Origin: Candidatus Micrarchaeota archaeon
GTDB taxonomy: Archaea > Iainarchaeota > Iainarchaeia > JAADDC01
NCBI GenBank assembly: GCA_027046625.1
Contig: JALTXX010000014.1
Coordinates: 1-28,118 of the forward strand
Direction: 5' to 3'
DNA: 28,118 bases
In this document: positions 16,813 to 27,268 of the stretch, piece after piece
Numbering within the stretch: position 1 is the stretch's first letter
How the letters are laid out: each line of letters starts with the position of its first letter
Notes under the pieces: model-generated
What the model saw: only the letters and a program-made list of their open reading frames with translations
Told to the model about the DNA's origin: nothing
Database searches by the model: none
Position numbers and translations under genes: made by a program

Positions 16813-17450
16813 TAACACTTATTGGGGGTATATGGGATGCGATTACAGGGGAGATTCCCGATTGGATTACCATACCTTCAGTAACGCTATCTATACTTTA
16901 TACATTGACATTCAACCAAACGTTGATAATACCGTTTCTCCTCTACGGATCTATTGGGTATCTTTTTTACAGATACGGAATAACTGGTGGTGGTGATGTG
17001 CTTCTTTTACTGTCAGTAATACCTTTTGCAGGGTGGGGTATAGGTATGATATTTATCTGGGCTATACTTTTGGCTACTCTTTTCTATGGTATATATTACA
17101 ACCTCAGATGGGGTATATTTTTTCCTCTTCTACCTCCTCTCCTATCCACATTATTGGCTTCTGCCCTACTACAAAGGAGGAGGGACATTTTTGTGAAGGA
17201 AGTTCCGGTAGAAGACCTTAGGCAGGAGGATGTGCTTGCAGAAATCCCAGAAGGGTGGAACAAAAGAGTTATAGAAAGTGGAGATAAGGAACTTTTGATT
17301 TCTAAGGGAATCAAAAGGGTAAGAGTGTACTATAACCTGCCTCGTTTGGGGCCCTTCATCTTTCTTGCATCGCTATTTCCTCTGGATCCAATCCAGCTCC
17401 TTCCACTGTTAACATATATCCCTCCCTACTGCCTTCTATCCTGTAGTTGA
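16800..17450 (+). CDS. A24-family prepilin/preflagellin peptidase
   Basis: WDAITGEIPD and GGGD catalytic motifs in a multi-TM protein; C-terminal LPRLGPFI. Confidence 0.85.
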   Translation: MWQIITLIGGIWDAITGEIPDWITIPSVTLSILYTLTFNQTLIIPFLLYGSIGYLFYRYGITGGGDVLLLLSVIPFAGWGIGMIFIWAILLATLFYGIYYNLRWGIFFPLLPPLLSTLLASALLQRRRDIFVKEVPVEDLRQEDVLAEIPEGWNKRVIESGDKELLISKGIKRVRVYYNLPRLGPFIFLASLFPLDPIQLLPLLTYIPPYCLLSCS

Positions 17451-18381
17451 TATCTGTAAACACCTGTATGATACGGAGATTGGTCCTCAGGTGGCCTGTA
17501 ACCTTTGGGAATAACAGTTTTGACACACCCTTGGATAGGGCAAGAAACGTTACTAGCTGATCTGCTGCATGACTATCAACCGGAAACTCTTTGTACATTT
17601 CAAATAATTCCTTCATATTGTGGGCAAACCCCTCTGGAGAATCTGAGGCCTTTAATACTCCAGATACACCATAAGCGTATCCTTCCTTCCATAAAGTTAT
17701 GGAGGCCCCCGAAGATAGGACATTATCATGCTGTTCCACCTCCACCTCTCCCAGTACACTGGCCATCCTCTTACATAGAGATGGCGAAACCTTACCACAC
17801 ACTAATATACCACCCATCTCCCCCCTCTCTTTTCTTGTAAGGTGCAGGGGACGGAGGGGATTTCCTATACTAGGAACCTCCAAAACCACTGATCCTCCTC
17901 CAACTGGCATAAATCCCCTTCTTAGAATGGCAAGGGATGGGGAAGATCCCATTCGATGAAGTGCTGGGAATATCACCCTCTTTATGTAGTCCACCGTGGG
18001 TGCCATGCCTACATCCGTTCCTCCTGTAATCTTTATCCTTGATATGCCTCCTGTAAAGAGAAGGGCTGGGAGTATAGCCTGAATTACCAAGGATACAGAG
18101 CCAGCGGTTCCCGTATTTACTGAGAGCGTAACAGGTCTTATGGTCCTTGGGTGAAAAACAATACTTTCTGAACCCACATAATTACCCCTTACCCTGGCAT
18201 TAGATATCCTTCTAAGCACTTCTAGACCCACCAAATGCTGTGGCCTAAGGCCTGGTTTTCTACGTTTCTTCCTTATGTTGTATATTTTAACCGGCTTCCT
18301 TAGTATTACGGACAGAGAAAGAGCGGTTCTTAGTATCTGGCCTCCACCTTCACCTAAGCTACCATCTATCTCTATCATCAT
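17356..18381 (-). CDS. rtcA: RNA 3'-terminal phosphate cyclase
   Basis: [55 protein letters not shown]. Confidence 0.95.
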   Translation of the reverse strand: MMIEIDGSLGEGGGQILRTALSLSVILRKPVKIYNIRKKRRKPGLRPQHLVGLEVLRRISNARVRGNYVGSESIVFHPRTIRPVTLSVNTGTAGSVSLVIQAILPALLFTGGISRIKITGGTDVGMAPTVDYIKRVIFPALHRMGSSPSLAILRRGFMPVGGGSVVLEVPSIGNPLRPLHLTRKERGEMGGILVCGKVSPSLCKRMASVLGEVEVEQHDNVLSSGASITLWKEGYAYGVSGVLKASDSPEGFAHNMKELFEMYKEFPVDSHAADQLVTFLALSKGVSKLLFPKVTGHLRTNLRIIQVFTDINYRIEGSREGYMLTVEGAGLDPEEIAMQER

Positions 18382-19136
18382 TTCTCAATAGAGTGTATAA
18401 GCTTTGAAAAGGATGTTACTGTGCTTCTCACATCCCCCACATCCTCCACTATGGTACCTGTAACAATAATATCGGCGCCGGCCTCTATCCGTTCCTTGGC
18501 TACCTCTGGTGTTCTTATACCTCCTCCCACAATAAGATATGGAAAATCACCAATAGCCCTCTTTACAGCAGACACTATTTTAACATCTACAGGATAGGAT
18601 GCACCGGAGCCAGCCTCAAGATATACCATCTTAAATCCTATTAGTTTTGCCGCAAGAGCATATGTGGCTGCTATAGAAGGTTTTCTCCTTGGAAGAGGTC
18701 TTGCATCACCCACCCATCCTGCAGCCGTTTCATGTCCAGGTTCCGTAATGAGATAGGCTGTGGGTATAACCTCCAAGCCATATCTTAGTATGATGGGAGC
18801 TGAAAGAGCTTGAGCCCCCGTAATATAGTAGGGATTTCTTGAGTTTAGAAGGGAAATATAGAGTATGGCATCTGCGTACTTTGTTATACCAGATATATCT
18901 CCGGGAAAAAGCACTACAGGAATGTCAACCTCTTCTTTTATGCGTTTGACGGTGGAGTCTAGTAGTTCTCCTTGTACTCCTACGGTACCTCCTATAAATA
19001 TGAGATCTGCTCCTCCTTCTTCCACCTCCTTTGCTACTTTTGCTGCCTCCTCATAGCCTGTCTCGTCGGGATCTATAAGCACTACATATATAGGGTGTTC
19101 TTCGAGGAGGCTTTGGATGTAATTAAATATCTTCAT
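18378..19136 (-). CDS. Geranylgeranylglyceryl phosphate synthase
   Basis: [53 protein letters not shown]. Confidence 0.95.
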   Translation of the reverse strand: MKIFNYIQSLLEEHPIYVVLIDPDETGYEEAAKVAKEVEEGGADLIFIGGTVGVQGELLDSTVKRIKEEVDIPVVLFPGDISGITKYADAILYISLLNSRNPYYITGAQALSAPIILRYGLEVIPTAYLITEPGHETAAGWVGDARPLPRRKPSIAATYALAAKLIGFKMVYLEAGSGASYPVDVKIVSAVKRAIGDFPYLIVGGGIRTPEVAKERIEAGADIIVTGTIVEDVGDVRSTVTSFSKLIHSIEK

Positions 19137-20065
19137 GCAAGCCCTACCTCCCTCAGTATCTTTTCGGTCTCATGCTTAGATGGCATATACTCGTTTAAAA
19201 TAGTGTACCTTTCCCTCAAATACGGTGCCATCCTAAGGGCTTTCAAAAACATCTTTACATCCATCCCCAAAGTTTTTAGAGACGGCAGAACTCCGTGATC
19301 TTCTAAAAAGCTTTTTATGGCCTCCCAGTCATTTCCCTGGAGGTAGGAGGTAAAAACGGACATTATGGCTACCTGTATACCATGTATGTTGGGCTTGAGC
19401 CCCATCCTATGCCTTATAATGTCTATTGCGTGGGAAAGTAGGTGTTCAGATCCTGAGGCAGGTCTGGAACTGCCAGCCAAAGCCATAGCCTTTCCACTAA
19501 GAATAAGCGCTTCTAGGAGTTTTTCCGTATTGTGTGGGCGGTTAGTAATGATTTTTAGGGCTTTCTTTTCCATTCTATAGGAGGTTTTGTGTATTTTATC
19601 ATAGCCCTTTTCCTCTGCCAGCTTCCAATCAAACAGAGAGGAGTATTTTGATAGTATGTCACCCATTCCGGCGACTTTGTATATAATGGGCGATGACTCT
19701 AATATATCCAAATCTACATAAACCTTTTCGGGAGGATTTCCAAAGAGAGACACACGCGTACCATTTTGGAAAAGAGATATGGACGGAGATGCTATCCCGT
19801 CAGAGGATGGTATAGTAGGGACTAGAATATATGGAACTTTCAATCTCTTGGACAGGTACTTTGCACTATCGAGGTTTTTTCCTCCTCCCACACCCACAAC
19901 TACGCCAGCCCTCTCCTTTATCCTGTCAAGATCTTCTATTCTTGTCGATCCATACACCTTCCTACCGTTTCCTAAGAAACGCTCTGTGTAGGGACCGATC
20001 ACATAGAGAGCTCTCTCTATATTCCTAACCTCCTCCAGCACCCCACGGCCCTTTACGATGTCCAC
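19133..20065 (-). CDS. egsA: sn-glycerol-1-phosphate dehydrogenase
   Basis: GVGGGKNLDSAKY, VPT..S.DGIASP, SSRPASGSEHLLSHA, HGIQV; next to GGGP synthase. Confidence 0.92.
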   Translation of the reverse strand: MDIVKGRGVLEEVRNIERALYVIGPYTERFLGNGRKVYGSTRIEDLDRIKERAGVVVGVGGGKNLDSAKYLSKRLKVPYILVPTIPSSDGIASPSISLFQNGTRVSLFGNPPEKVYVDLDILESSPIIYKVAGMGDILSKYSSLFDWKLAEEKGYDKIHKTSYRMEKKALKIITNRPHNTEKLLEALILSGKAMALAGSSRPASGSEHLLSHAIDIIRHRMGLKPNIHGIQVAIMSVFTSYLQGNDWEAIKSFLEDHGVLPSLKTLGMDVKMFLKALRMAPYLRERYTILNEYMPSKHETEKILREVGLA

Positions 20066-20113
20066 AACTCCCCTCTTAGTTGCCTTCCTTTAAAGGTATG
20101 CTTCCATAATTCG

Positions 20114-21427
20114 TCAATAATCTAATATGCTTTCCCCCTTTCGTCGTATAACCCTCTTGGAATAAAGCTTTAGTATATCCCGTATGGGATCCACATTCCA
20201 TCTCTCTCCCCACTCCTCAATAGGAGGTCTTTCAAGATTAACGGAACCTTCCAACACTCCTCCACACCTTACACACTTTCCAGATAGGGTTGATCTAGGA
20301 TACTCCTCCCCACAGGATGTACATTTATATTTTGAGGTATAATAGCTCTCCTTTTCCCTTAAAAACAATAGAAAAAGTTCTTTCAACGGTTTTGGATCTA
20401 TATCCAGCTTTTTATATAGGGAGACATATACGTCCAGTGTTCTTTCCATCGTATCTGGCGGAGGGATATCAGGAATTGGCTCGTAGGGAAAGTCTTTCCC
20501 TTCGCTAAGAGGGGCATAATCACCTCCATGCTCTGGGGTCACCGTTATTGTTATGGGATGTTTTGGGGCGCTCCAATACAGAGGTTTCCTAAGAGTTATC
20601 CATTTTCCTTCTATAGCTTCCAGCTTGAAGGAAAGGGCCTTTCCGTTGTCAATAATTAGCAGTTCATTCCCTAACAAATCTTGTCTGCCCTTAGGCATGG
20701 ATTTACCCGTATACTGCTCTAGATACCTATACACTCTCAGGAGATAGTCCGCAACAAAGGGAGGTATGGCATTCCTATCACCTGGCAGTATAACAGTTCT
20801 TACTCCTGATATACCATCTTCTGTGATTCCTACACCACTCTTTGCCCTATAATAGATCTTCTTTACATCCTCTTCTCCAGGAATAACACTTATCTCCCCT
20901 ACATGTCCCTCCTTCTCTATAAGAGGTCTTAAGAGCTCTTCCAGGATCCTCCTGTCTCCAGGAAATTTACCATGAACATCTTGGGGTAGTTCAATGAACT
21001 TTCTTCTTATTACCTCTATCTCCACTCCTGGTTTTGGAGGATCTTCCCCTCCCCACTCCCTAAATAATTCCTTCCAGTTTCTACGTTCCGCAATCTGAAT
21101 AGCATTAGGCACATGATATCCAAAGAAGGGTCCATAGATCTCCTCCCCCTCCCCCTTCTTATACAGGCTAACTAATTCCCTAAATTTACCCTCATCAAGG
21201 AAGTAGGGAGGTAAAGGCCTCTCTCCGTGAATGAGTAGTCCCCCTGCCTCCTTTGGGGGAGCCAGAGGGGATGATATTACCTGAAAAATCTCCCCATTCA
21301 CCTTTACAATATCACCCACACCTATTAACCCCTCAAACAATCTTAACAGGTCTGGGTTAAATGCAATAGTGCCAGGAGGAACATCAGGATGTCTTCCTAT
21401 CACCATCTTAGAGAGGACGATCTTCAT
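20114..21427 (-). CDS. polC: Highly reduced, apparently inactive DNA polymerase D large subunit (DP2) homolog
   Basis: Colinear DP2-like blocks (KKIYYRAKSGV...DG; ADYLLRVYRYLE; QDLLGNELLI; PLYWSAPK) and C-terminal Zn finger YKCTSCGEEYPRSTLSGKCVRCGG; no RRNCDGDED catalytic motif; only 437 aa. Confidence 0.75.
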   Translation of the reverse strand: MKIVLSKMVIGRHPDVPPGTIAFNPDLLRLFEGLIGVGDIVKVNGEIFQVISSPLAPPKEAGGLLIHGERPLPPYFLDEGKFRELVSLYKKGEGEEIYGPFFGYHVPNAIQIAERRNWKELFREWGGEDPPKPGVEIEVIRRKFIELPQDVHGKFPGDRRILEELLRPLIEKEGHVGEISVIPGEEDVKKIYYRAKSGVGITEDGISGVRTVILPGDRNAIPPFVADYLLRVYRYLEQYTGKSMPKGRQDLLGNELLIIDNGKALSFKLEAIEGKWITLRKPLYWSAPKHPITITVTPEHGGDYAPLSEGKDFPYEPIPDIPPPDTMERTLDVYVSLYKKLDIDPKPLKELFLLFLREKESYYTSKYKCTSCGEEYPRSTLSGKCVRCGGVLEGSVNLERPPIEEWGERWNVDPIRDILKLYSKRVIRRKGESILDY

Positions 21428-22569
21428 AGGGGTATCACCTTTCCTTCTTTTAGGTCTATAAGCATGGGCCCAGAAACTGGATATATGATACCATTGGAGA
21501 GAACCGAATGGGGAGATAGAATGATATTAGGTAGGCGTTCCATTATCCCATCCTTGATGGAAAGATATGGAATAGTACTTATGTCCGGTTGCACTAAACG
21601 GCTATAGGCCTGAGCTGCAACGCTCTTTCCACTCTCCTCATTATATAAGCCGTCATACACAAGTATTCTAATATCATCTACCCTCAGAATGGTAGGAGAA
21701 GGAATATTATGGACTGAGGGTAGATCTTTATCCAGGGGAGGAAAGGGTGGATACATGCGTACCGCGTCCCATCTATGGGGTGCGACATATACATTTTCCC
21801 TTTGAGATAGCAGCTCGTCTATTTCTGAATAGTTTGCATCCCTGAAAACATCAAGCACCCCTACAACTACTGTAATGTCTGAGGGAGGAAAATCTCTATC
21901 TTTGTACCTGTAAAAATGAGGTATAAATAGTATTCGCCTCTCACATCCCCTAAATCTTAACATAGATCCCGGAAAGGTTACACCCGTCAGTATTAGTTGA
22001 TTATTCTGCGGTTTTACCTGCAATCCGACCACCATATCCCTTCCCAGATACTCTGGCACGTTATTTGCCCTTATAACCTCTTGTTCCTCCTCAGTTTCCG
22101 CCAGTATGTAACCGTTCTTTATGGAAGTTATAAGAGCTGCTATGCGTTTTTCCTCCGTCCCTCTTTTTGCTCTTGAAAAAGTTGTATATGAAGCCCCTCC
22201 GGATCTAAACAAAAACTCCCTCAACGTCTCTAATCTGTTTATAAGCAGCTCTTTTCTCCTCCTTTCGTCTATGCTATCAACTAGATGTTCTTCATCAAAG
22301 AGGGGAGTAATCCTTACTCTTCCGCTACACTCTACCTCGGAGATGGTTATGGTGTGTTCCTCCTTTTCGCCTTCTATATCCTCCAAACGCACGATGGATA
22401 TTCCCTTTTCCCTCAATCTTTTCATGGTTATCTCGGGAGTCCTATCAGAGTATATAAAATAGTCTAATGCCTCTGGAGTTAGTATAAGTCCGTATTTTAG
22501 GGCTTTTTGGACTATCTCCCTCCTTATGTGTTGAAGTATGTCCACAAAAAGAAATAGGTAGAAAATCAT
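21424..22569 (-). CDS. polB: Degenerate DNA polymerase D small subunit (DP1) homolog, exonuclease motifs lost
   Basis: EIVQKALKYGLILTPEA N-terminus, OB-like DMVVGLQ region, APHRWDAVRMYPPFP (cf. PGNHDAVR..PQP), PSPTILRVDDIRILVYDG (cf. ...YHG), LPNIILSPHS (cf. GHVH); ATGA-coupled to the DP2-like gene. Confidence 0.78.
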   Translation of the reverse strand: MIFYLFLFVDILQHIRREIVQKALKYGLILTPEALDYFIYSDRTPEITMKRLREKGISIVRLEDIEGEKEEHTITISEVECSGRVRITPLFDEEHLVDSIDERRRKELLINRLETLREFLFRSGGASYTTFSRAKRGTEEKRIAALITSIKNGYILAETEEEQEVIRANNVPEYLGRDMVVGLQVKPQNNQLILTGVTFPGSMLRFRGCERRILFIPHFYRYKDRDFPPSDITVVVGVLDVFRDANYSEIDELLSQRENVYVAPHRWDAVRMYPPFPPLDKDLPSVHNIPSPTILRVDDIRILVYDGLYNEESGKSVAAQAYSRLVQPDISTIPYLSIKDGIMERLPNIILSPHSVLSNGIIYPVSGPMLIDLKEGKVIPL

Positions 22570-22829
22570 TTGAGGGATTCCTTATAGGCCTCGAGGGCAG
22601 ATATAAGGGACCATATTTGGGTGCGTGTATGCATAGGTATGTTCACATCGTTTGCTGCCTCGTCAAGGATATATATGGCCTGTGTGATGTTTACCACCTT
22701 GTCACCGTCTTCCTTTGTAACAAGGTGTTTTGCATCACTTATAGCGGATCTTATATTTCTAGGAACTGAAGTATCCTGCATAATTTCATCCATTAGGTTA
22801 AGAATCTCTTCGAGTTTTGCTTCTATCAT
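22566..22829 (-). CDS. UPF0147 family protein
   Basis: IMQDTSVPRNIR...LDEAANDVNIPMHTRTQIWSLISALE. Confidence 0.92.
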   Translation of the reverse strand: MIEAKLEEILNLMDEIMQDTSVPRNIRSAISDAKHLVTKEDGDKVVNITQAIYILDEAANDVNIPMHTRTQIWSLISALEAYKESLK

Positions 22830-23682
22830 GTTCTCCCCTCCTAAGATGTTCTTTTAATCTATCTATACCCTCTCCGGTTAGAGAGCTTACCACGAAGGGT
22901 GCCTTTACAGGCACCTCATCCCCTATAAGGTCTGCCTTGTTAACTACCAGTAGGATAGGTTTGTTCAATAGTTTCTTTAAACTATTGAGGAGGTTCTTCT
23001 GCATACGCTCATCCTGCAATGGATCCCACACAAAGAGTATTTCATCTGCTAAATGTTTCAGAGCAATAATAGCTAATTTCTCTTCCTTTTTCATTCTTTC
23101 TAAAGGCCTATCAAGTATTCCTGGTGTGTCTACAAGTTGAATCCCACCTAAAACTCCTACAAATAACTTCTTTGTAGTAAAAGGGTACCTTTCAATCCTT
23201 GCAGGAGCTCCCGTAAGTGCCTTGAGAAGGGAGGATTTTCCCGCATTTGGCAGCCCAGCTATAACAATAGTATACCTATAGGGAGAGAGCGGAAATCTCA
23301 TATTGAGAATAGTTTTGGCTCTCTTTACCCGTTTCACATCCTTCTCTATACTATCCAACACATCTCCTAATCTTCCTAGATATTCCCTAAGGGAGAAAGT
23401 TCCCCTTTTGTACTTTACAAGCATGTCATCCCGTATGGCTGCCAATACGGAGGATAAAGAGCTTATTCTCCCCAAGGATCGCTTAAGTTCGTCTATACTC
23501 ATTTCCGTTTCTAGCAGATCTCTCTGAACAGGCGATAGCTTATCAAGAGATGGGAGGCTCTTTACCATGCTGCTTAGTTCCGTCCAAAGAAGTCTATCTA
23601 TGGTTCTTATAAGCTTCTCCTTGTCTTTTCCCTGAGACAACCTTCTCGCCCTTTTAAGCACTCGCTGGAGTAAAAGCCTCAT
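22798..23682 (-). CDS. NOG1-like GTP-binding protein (OBG family)
   Basis: AGLPNAGKSS, YPFTTK, DTPGILDRP..M..EE, NKAD. Confidence 0.92.
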   Translation of the reverse strand: MRLLLQRVLKRARRLSQGKDKEKLIRTIDRLLWTELSSMVKSLPSLDKLSPVQRDLLETEMSIDELKRSLGRISSLSSVLAAIRDDMLVKYKRGTFSLREYLGRLGDVLDSIEKDVKRVKRAKTILNMRFPLSPYRYTIVIAGLPNAGKSSLLKALTGAPARIERYPFTTKKLFVGVLGGIQLVDTPGILDRPLERMKKEEKLAIIALKHLADEILFVWDPLQDERMQKNLLNSLKKLLNKPILLVVNKADLIGDEVPVKAPFVVSSLTGEGIDRLKEHLRRGEHDRSKTRRDS

Positions 23683-23715
23683 GCATATAAAACATTTTCA
23701 GTACATTTAAGAGGG

Positions 23716-24690
23716 ATGGATCTGGCAGAGATCTACAGGAAACACTACAAAAAACTCATGCTCATACCCATCCTTATACTCCCCCTATTCCTCCTTGGTT
23801 TGTCTCACCTGAAGCTCGGTATAGACTTCTCTGGAGGATTTTCTGTATCTGTGTCAAGTTCTACTCCCATAAACACAAAAACATTGGAGGAAACTCTGAA
23901 AAGAGAACTTAACGTCGTAGATATAACCATTATACCGCTTATAGATGGATATATAATTGAATTCTCCTATCCACCTCACATAGAAAGGATATACAGGCTC
24001 TTCAAGCAATACAAATCTGGAGACGGGCAAGCTAAGGCTAAACTCATAGAGATACTAGATACCAACGATATAGAGGTAGGTGTTAGCAGGCTTTTATCCT
24101 CATTCACAGCAAAAGTAGAGAGTATCATCAAGAGAGTAGATCCTAACGTAAAGGACATTACCATAAGGGAGGTTAGCCCTATAGTAGGACCTGATTTTTG
24201 GAATGCTATGATGTGGATCGCTTTCTGGGCTATAGTGCTGACACTACTAGTGGTAATTATCTATTTCAGACATCCTATACCCATTGCCATTATTATAGCC
24301 TCTACCATATTCGATGGACTAGCTATACTCTCCCTCATGGGAATCACCAACATACCACTTACCCTTGCAACCCTATCTATCGTGCTCATGATGGTAGCCT
24401 ACTCGATAGACACCGATATGGTAGCAAGCACCTACGTATTCAAGAGGAGGTTGGAAGAAGGGATATACAGGGGTGCAGAGAGGGCCTTCAAGACCGGCAT
24501 TACTATGAGCATCACCACCCTTGCAAGCATGATAATCGTATATATTGTAGGGTTGCTAACAGCAAACATCACAGTGCTTCGCATTGCCAACGTAATGATA
24601 TACGGATTGGTGGCAGATATTATCATTACATGGACGTTCAACACTCCTCTGTTAATATGGGTAGGTGAGAGATATGCTAAGAAACATTAG
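23716..24690 (+). CDS. secF: Protein-export membrane protein SecF
   Basis: LGIDFSGG, VSPIVG, AYSIDTD, KTGITMSITT, GLVADIIITWTFN. Confidence 0.92.
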   Translation: MDLAEIYRKHYKKLMLIPILILPLFLLGLSHLKLGIDFSGGFSVSVSSSTPINTKTLEETLKRELNVVDITIIPLIDGYIIEFSYPPHIERIYRLFKQYKSGDGQAKAKLIEILDTNDIEVGVSRLLSSFTAKVESIIKRVDPNVKDITIREVSPIVGPDFWNAMMWIAFWAIVLTLLVVIIYFRHPIPIAIIIASTIFDGLAILSLMGITNIPLTLATLSIVLMMVAYSIDTDMVASTYVFKRRLEEGIYRGAERAFKTGITMSITTLASMIIVYIVGLLTANITVLRIANVMIYGLVADIIITWTFNTPLLIWVGERYAKKH

Positions 24691-26143
24691 AATACTGATA
24701 CTGGTGCTATCCCTTGCAATAGCTGCTGGTTTCATTCTATTTAAGGGTATAAAGCTTGGTACAGACTTTACAGGAGGAACCGTGCTTATGTTTAAGTTTG
24801 ATAGGCCTCTATCCGAAGAGGAGATGTCGAAAGCTGTCACAACACTTGAGAAAAGGGTAAACTGGACAGGCCTCCTTGATGTAAGCATAAGACCTTGGGG
24901 AAATGAGTATGTATACATCAGAATTGGCGATGTGGATCCAGAAACAGTAAATTACATCAAGGAGGTAATACTCAGACAGGGATTGTTTGAGGTAGTCGTA
25001 ATGGGAGATGTAGCCCTTACGGGAGATCAAATCATCCTAAGAGGGGATTATACCCTTGTACCTGATCATATAAGGGGAGGGTGGAGGTGGAGCGTACCCT
25101 TCATTCTGAAGGATGTAGGTGCCAAACAGTTCTTTTCCACCCTGAGAAAATACTGTACGGTCTCTTACTGTCCAGATACATACTTCTTCATAGACAGACC
25201 TACAGGAGCTGCTATTTTCATAGATAAAAATCTACTAGAAAGGGAAGTCAACGAATTTGAAGTAAACATAGAGGAGCTGTCACTAAACGCAGGCGTTAAG
25301 ATATATGTAGATAAAGTTCCTGATACAAATACTCTCATCATTACAACACCCTACCTTAGGGATCTCGTTGAAGGAAACAATGTACGAGTAATCCCGGTAA
25401 ATGAGGGTAGAAGCTGGCTCTGGGATGCAACAGGACTTAGATCCATCGTGGGGGTGGATCCCGCCCTCAGAGCTGATATTATAAATGGCGTTACAAACAT
25501 AACTACCCTCTCCATATCTGGATGGGCACCTACCAAGGAGGAAGCCCAAAGAAGGATAGATGAAATAGTTCTCATCCTCTCATCGGGATCTCTCCCAGCT
25601 GGGTTATCCCTCGTATCTCAGCAGCAAATTCCCCCAACCTATGGTGAAAGATCATTCGTTGTGTTCATGGGGGCACTCCTTGCAGCCATGATAGTGGTAG
25701 CCATCATAATCTCTCTAAGGTACAGAGCTCCTTATATCTCCATTCCCATCATTATAACCATTATATCGGAGATCATTTTGGTGCTTGGGTTTGCCGCCGC
25801 AATAGAGTGGAGGCTTGATGTTCCCTCCATGGTGGGCCTTATAGCTGCAGTGGGGTCTGGTGTAGACGACCAGATCATTATTACAGACGAGCTATTAAGA
25901 AAGAGGAGGGAAGAGGAGGAAGAGATTTCACTTATCAGTAAAATAAAGAGGGCCTTCTTTGTAGTATTTGCATCAGCATCTGCGTTGGGAGCGGTAATGA
26001 TACCTATCTGGTTTTCTGGCATCACCTCACTTGTAGGGTTTGCCATAACTACACTGGCAGGTATTTTAATGGGTGTGCTCATTACTAGGCCCGCGTATGC
26101 AGAAATGCTAAAGTACCTCCTTACCCGAAGAGAAGCACCTTAA
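24674..26143 (+). CDS. secD: Protein-export membrane protein SecD
   Basis: LGTDFTGG, LSSGSLP, VGSGVDDQIIITDE, GFAITT, GVLITRPAY; GGTGA SD favours ATG 24674. Confidence 0.93.
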   Translation: MLRNIRILILVLSLAIAAGFILFKGIKLGTDFTGGTVLMFKFDRPLSEEEMSKAVTTLEKRVNWTGLLDVSIRPWGNEYVYIRIGDVDPETVNYIKEVILRQGLFEVVVMGDVALTGDQIILRGDYTLVPDHIRGGWRWSVPFILKDVGAKQFFSTLRKYCTVSYCPDTYFFIDRPTGAAIFIDKNLLEREVNEFEVNIEELSLNAGVKIYVDKVPDTNTLIITTPYLRDLVEGNNVRVIPVNEGRSWLWDATGLRSIVGVDPALRADIINGVTNITTLSISGWAPTKEEAQRRIDEIVLILSSGSLPAGLSLVSQQQIPPTYGERSFVVFMGALLAAMIVVAIIISLRYRAPYISIPIIITIISEIILVLGFAAAIEWRLDVPSMVGLIAAVGSGVDDQIIITDELLRKRREEEEEISLISKIKRAFFVVFASASALGAVMIPIWFSGITSLVGFAITTLAGILMGVLITRPAYAEMLKYLLTRREAP

Positions 26144-26765
26144 TGATTCCTATTCTGGGAACCACAAAGAAGGGCGTTCCAAGTATCTGCTTCTCAGATA
26201 CTAAAAACGGGTATACGCACCTTCCCAACACACAGTCCTGATCTGCGGTGGGGTTTGTTTCATCATTATCTCCCTTTGTAATAAAGAGATACTCATCTTT
26301 AGCCCTGATCTTCAATATTACCCTATGAATAATATCCCTTCCCCTAATATCATCGTAGTAAACAACAATGGGTCCCCTATCGGGACTCAAAACCACACCA
26401 TTCACCTCAATGTACTTTAGGTGTAAACCCTCCCTCACAAAGCGAATGTTTAGATCGGCCGGTGTTACCCTATAGTTAAGGGAGGAGTTCACCTCTACCT
26501 CTTTTACCTCCACAGTGGTCGGGTCTATACCCCTTATGAATACCACATCCCCTGGATAGAGTATAGGCTCCATAGAAGAGGAAGCAACAATAATTATGGG
26601 TCTGGGAGTATTCAGTATTATAGAAAGGACGAGATACAGTGCACTCATAAATATAATTGCAAACAGTATGTCTGCCACCAATTTTATAGGTCCTCCCACT
26701 CCTACATACTTATTCCACCAACGGTCAAAATAGTAGAAAGGGTCCAATCGCTTCAGATCCACCAT
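26121..26765 (-). CDS. sec11: Signal peptidase I (Sec11/S26)
   Basis: SSSMEPILYPGD, IIHRV, TKGDN; N-terminal TM. Confidence 0.93.
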   Translation of the reverse strand: MVDLKRLDPFYYFDRWWNKYVGVGGPIKLVADILFAIIFMSALYLVLSIILNTPRPIIIVASSSMEPILYPGDVVFIRGIDPTTVEVKEVEVNSSLNYRVTPADLNIRFVREGLHLKYIEVNGVVLSPDRGPIVVYYDDIRGRDIIHRVILKIRAKDEYLFITKGDNDETNPTADQDCVLGRCVYPFLVSEKQILGTPFFVVPRIGIIKVLLFG

Positions 26766-27268
26766 CTAAATCCCCTCCCTATGAGATGTGCTATCCGTAC
26801 AGGTTCTGGTATTTTAGAGGATATTGTATACATTTCTAGGACTTTTTCCACATCTGTTTTGCTTATTCCATACCAGGAAGCGTATATTTTTCCTATTCTT
26901 TCGAAACTTATCCTTAAATTTTCTATAAATGAAGGATTATAACGTTTGATTGCTTTCTCCACCCTTTCTATCCTTGGAGGTTGATCCAAAACCGCCATTA
27001 CAGGCGTATTGTACCTCTCATAGAAGTAGGGAAGGGATACCACCATGGAACCTCCAAAGATGGTCCCATAAAGGATGGCTATCCCCTTAAACCTTGATAG
27101 TATTCTATCAAACCCTTCATATATGTCACTTCCATCAACTTCAATAGTGGTTATGCGTATCTCATCCACAACGGGTCCCTTCATTATAACCCCTATCAGA
27201 GGGGCGTTCTTATCCCTTCCCCTTCTAAAAAATCCATCATCTATACCAACTACTCTACCCTTTTTCAT
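26753..27268 (-). CDS. DUF99 family protein (endonuclease V-like fold)
   Basis: VVGIDDGFF, IEVDGSD, IPEPVRIAHLIG. Confidence 0.88.
   Translation of the reverse strand: MKKGRVVGIDDGFFRRGRDKNAPLIGVIMKGPVVDEIRITTIEVDGSDIYEGFDRILSRFKGIAILYGTIFGGSMVVSLPYFYERYNTPVMAVLDQPPRIERVEKAIKRYNPSFIENLRISFERIGKIYASWYGISKTDVEKVLEMYTISSKIPEPVRIAHLIGRGFRWWI

Noticed and set aside
20114-22569. Calling the DP1/DP2-like genes pseudogenes or frameshifted fragments
   Set aside because: Both frames are intact with ATGA coupling, the losses are in-frame and spread along the proteins, and no missing segments appear in adjacent frames.
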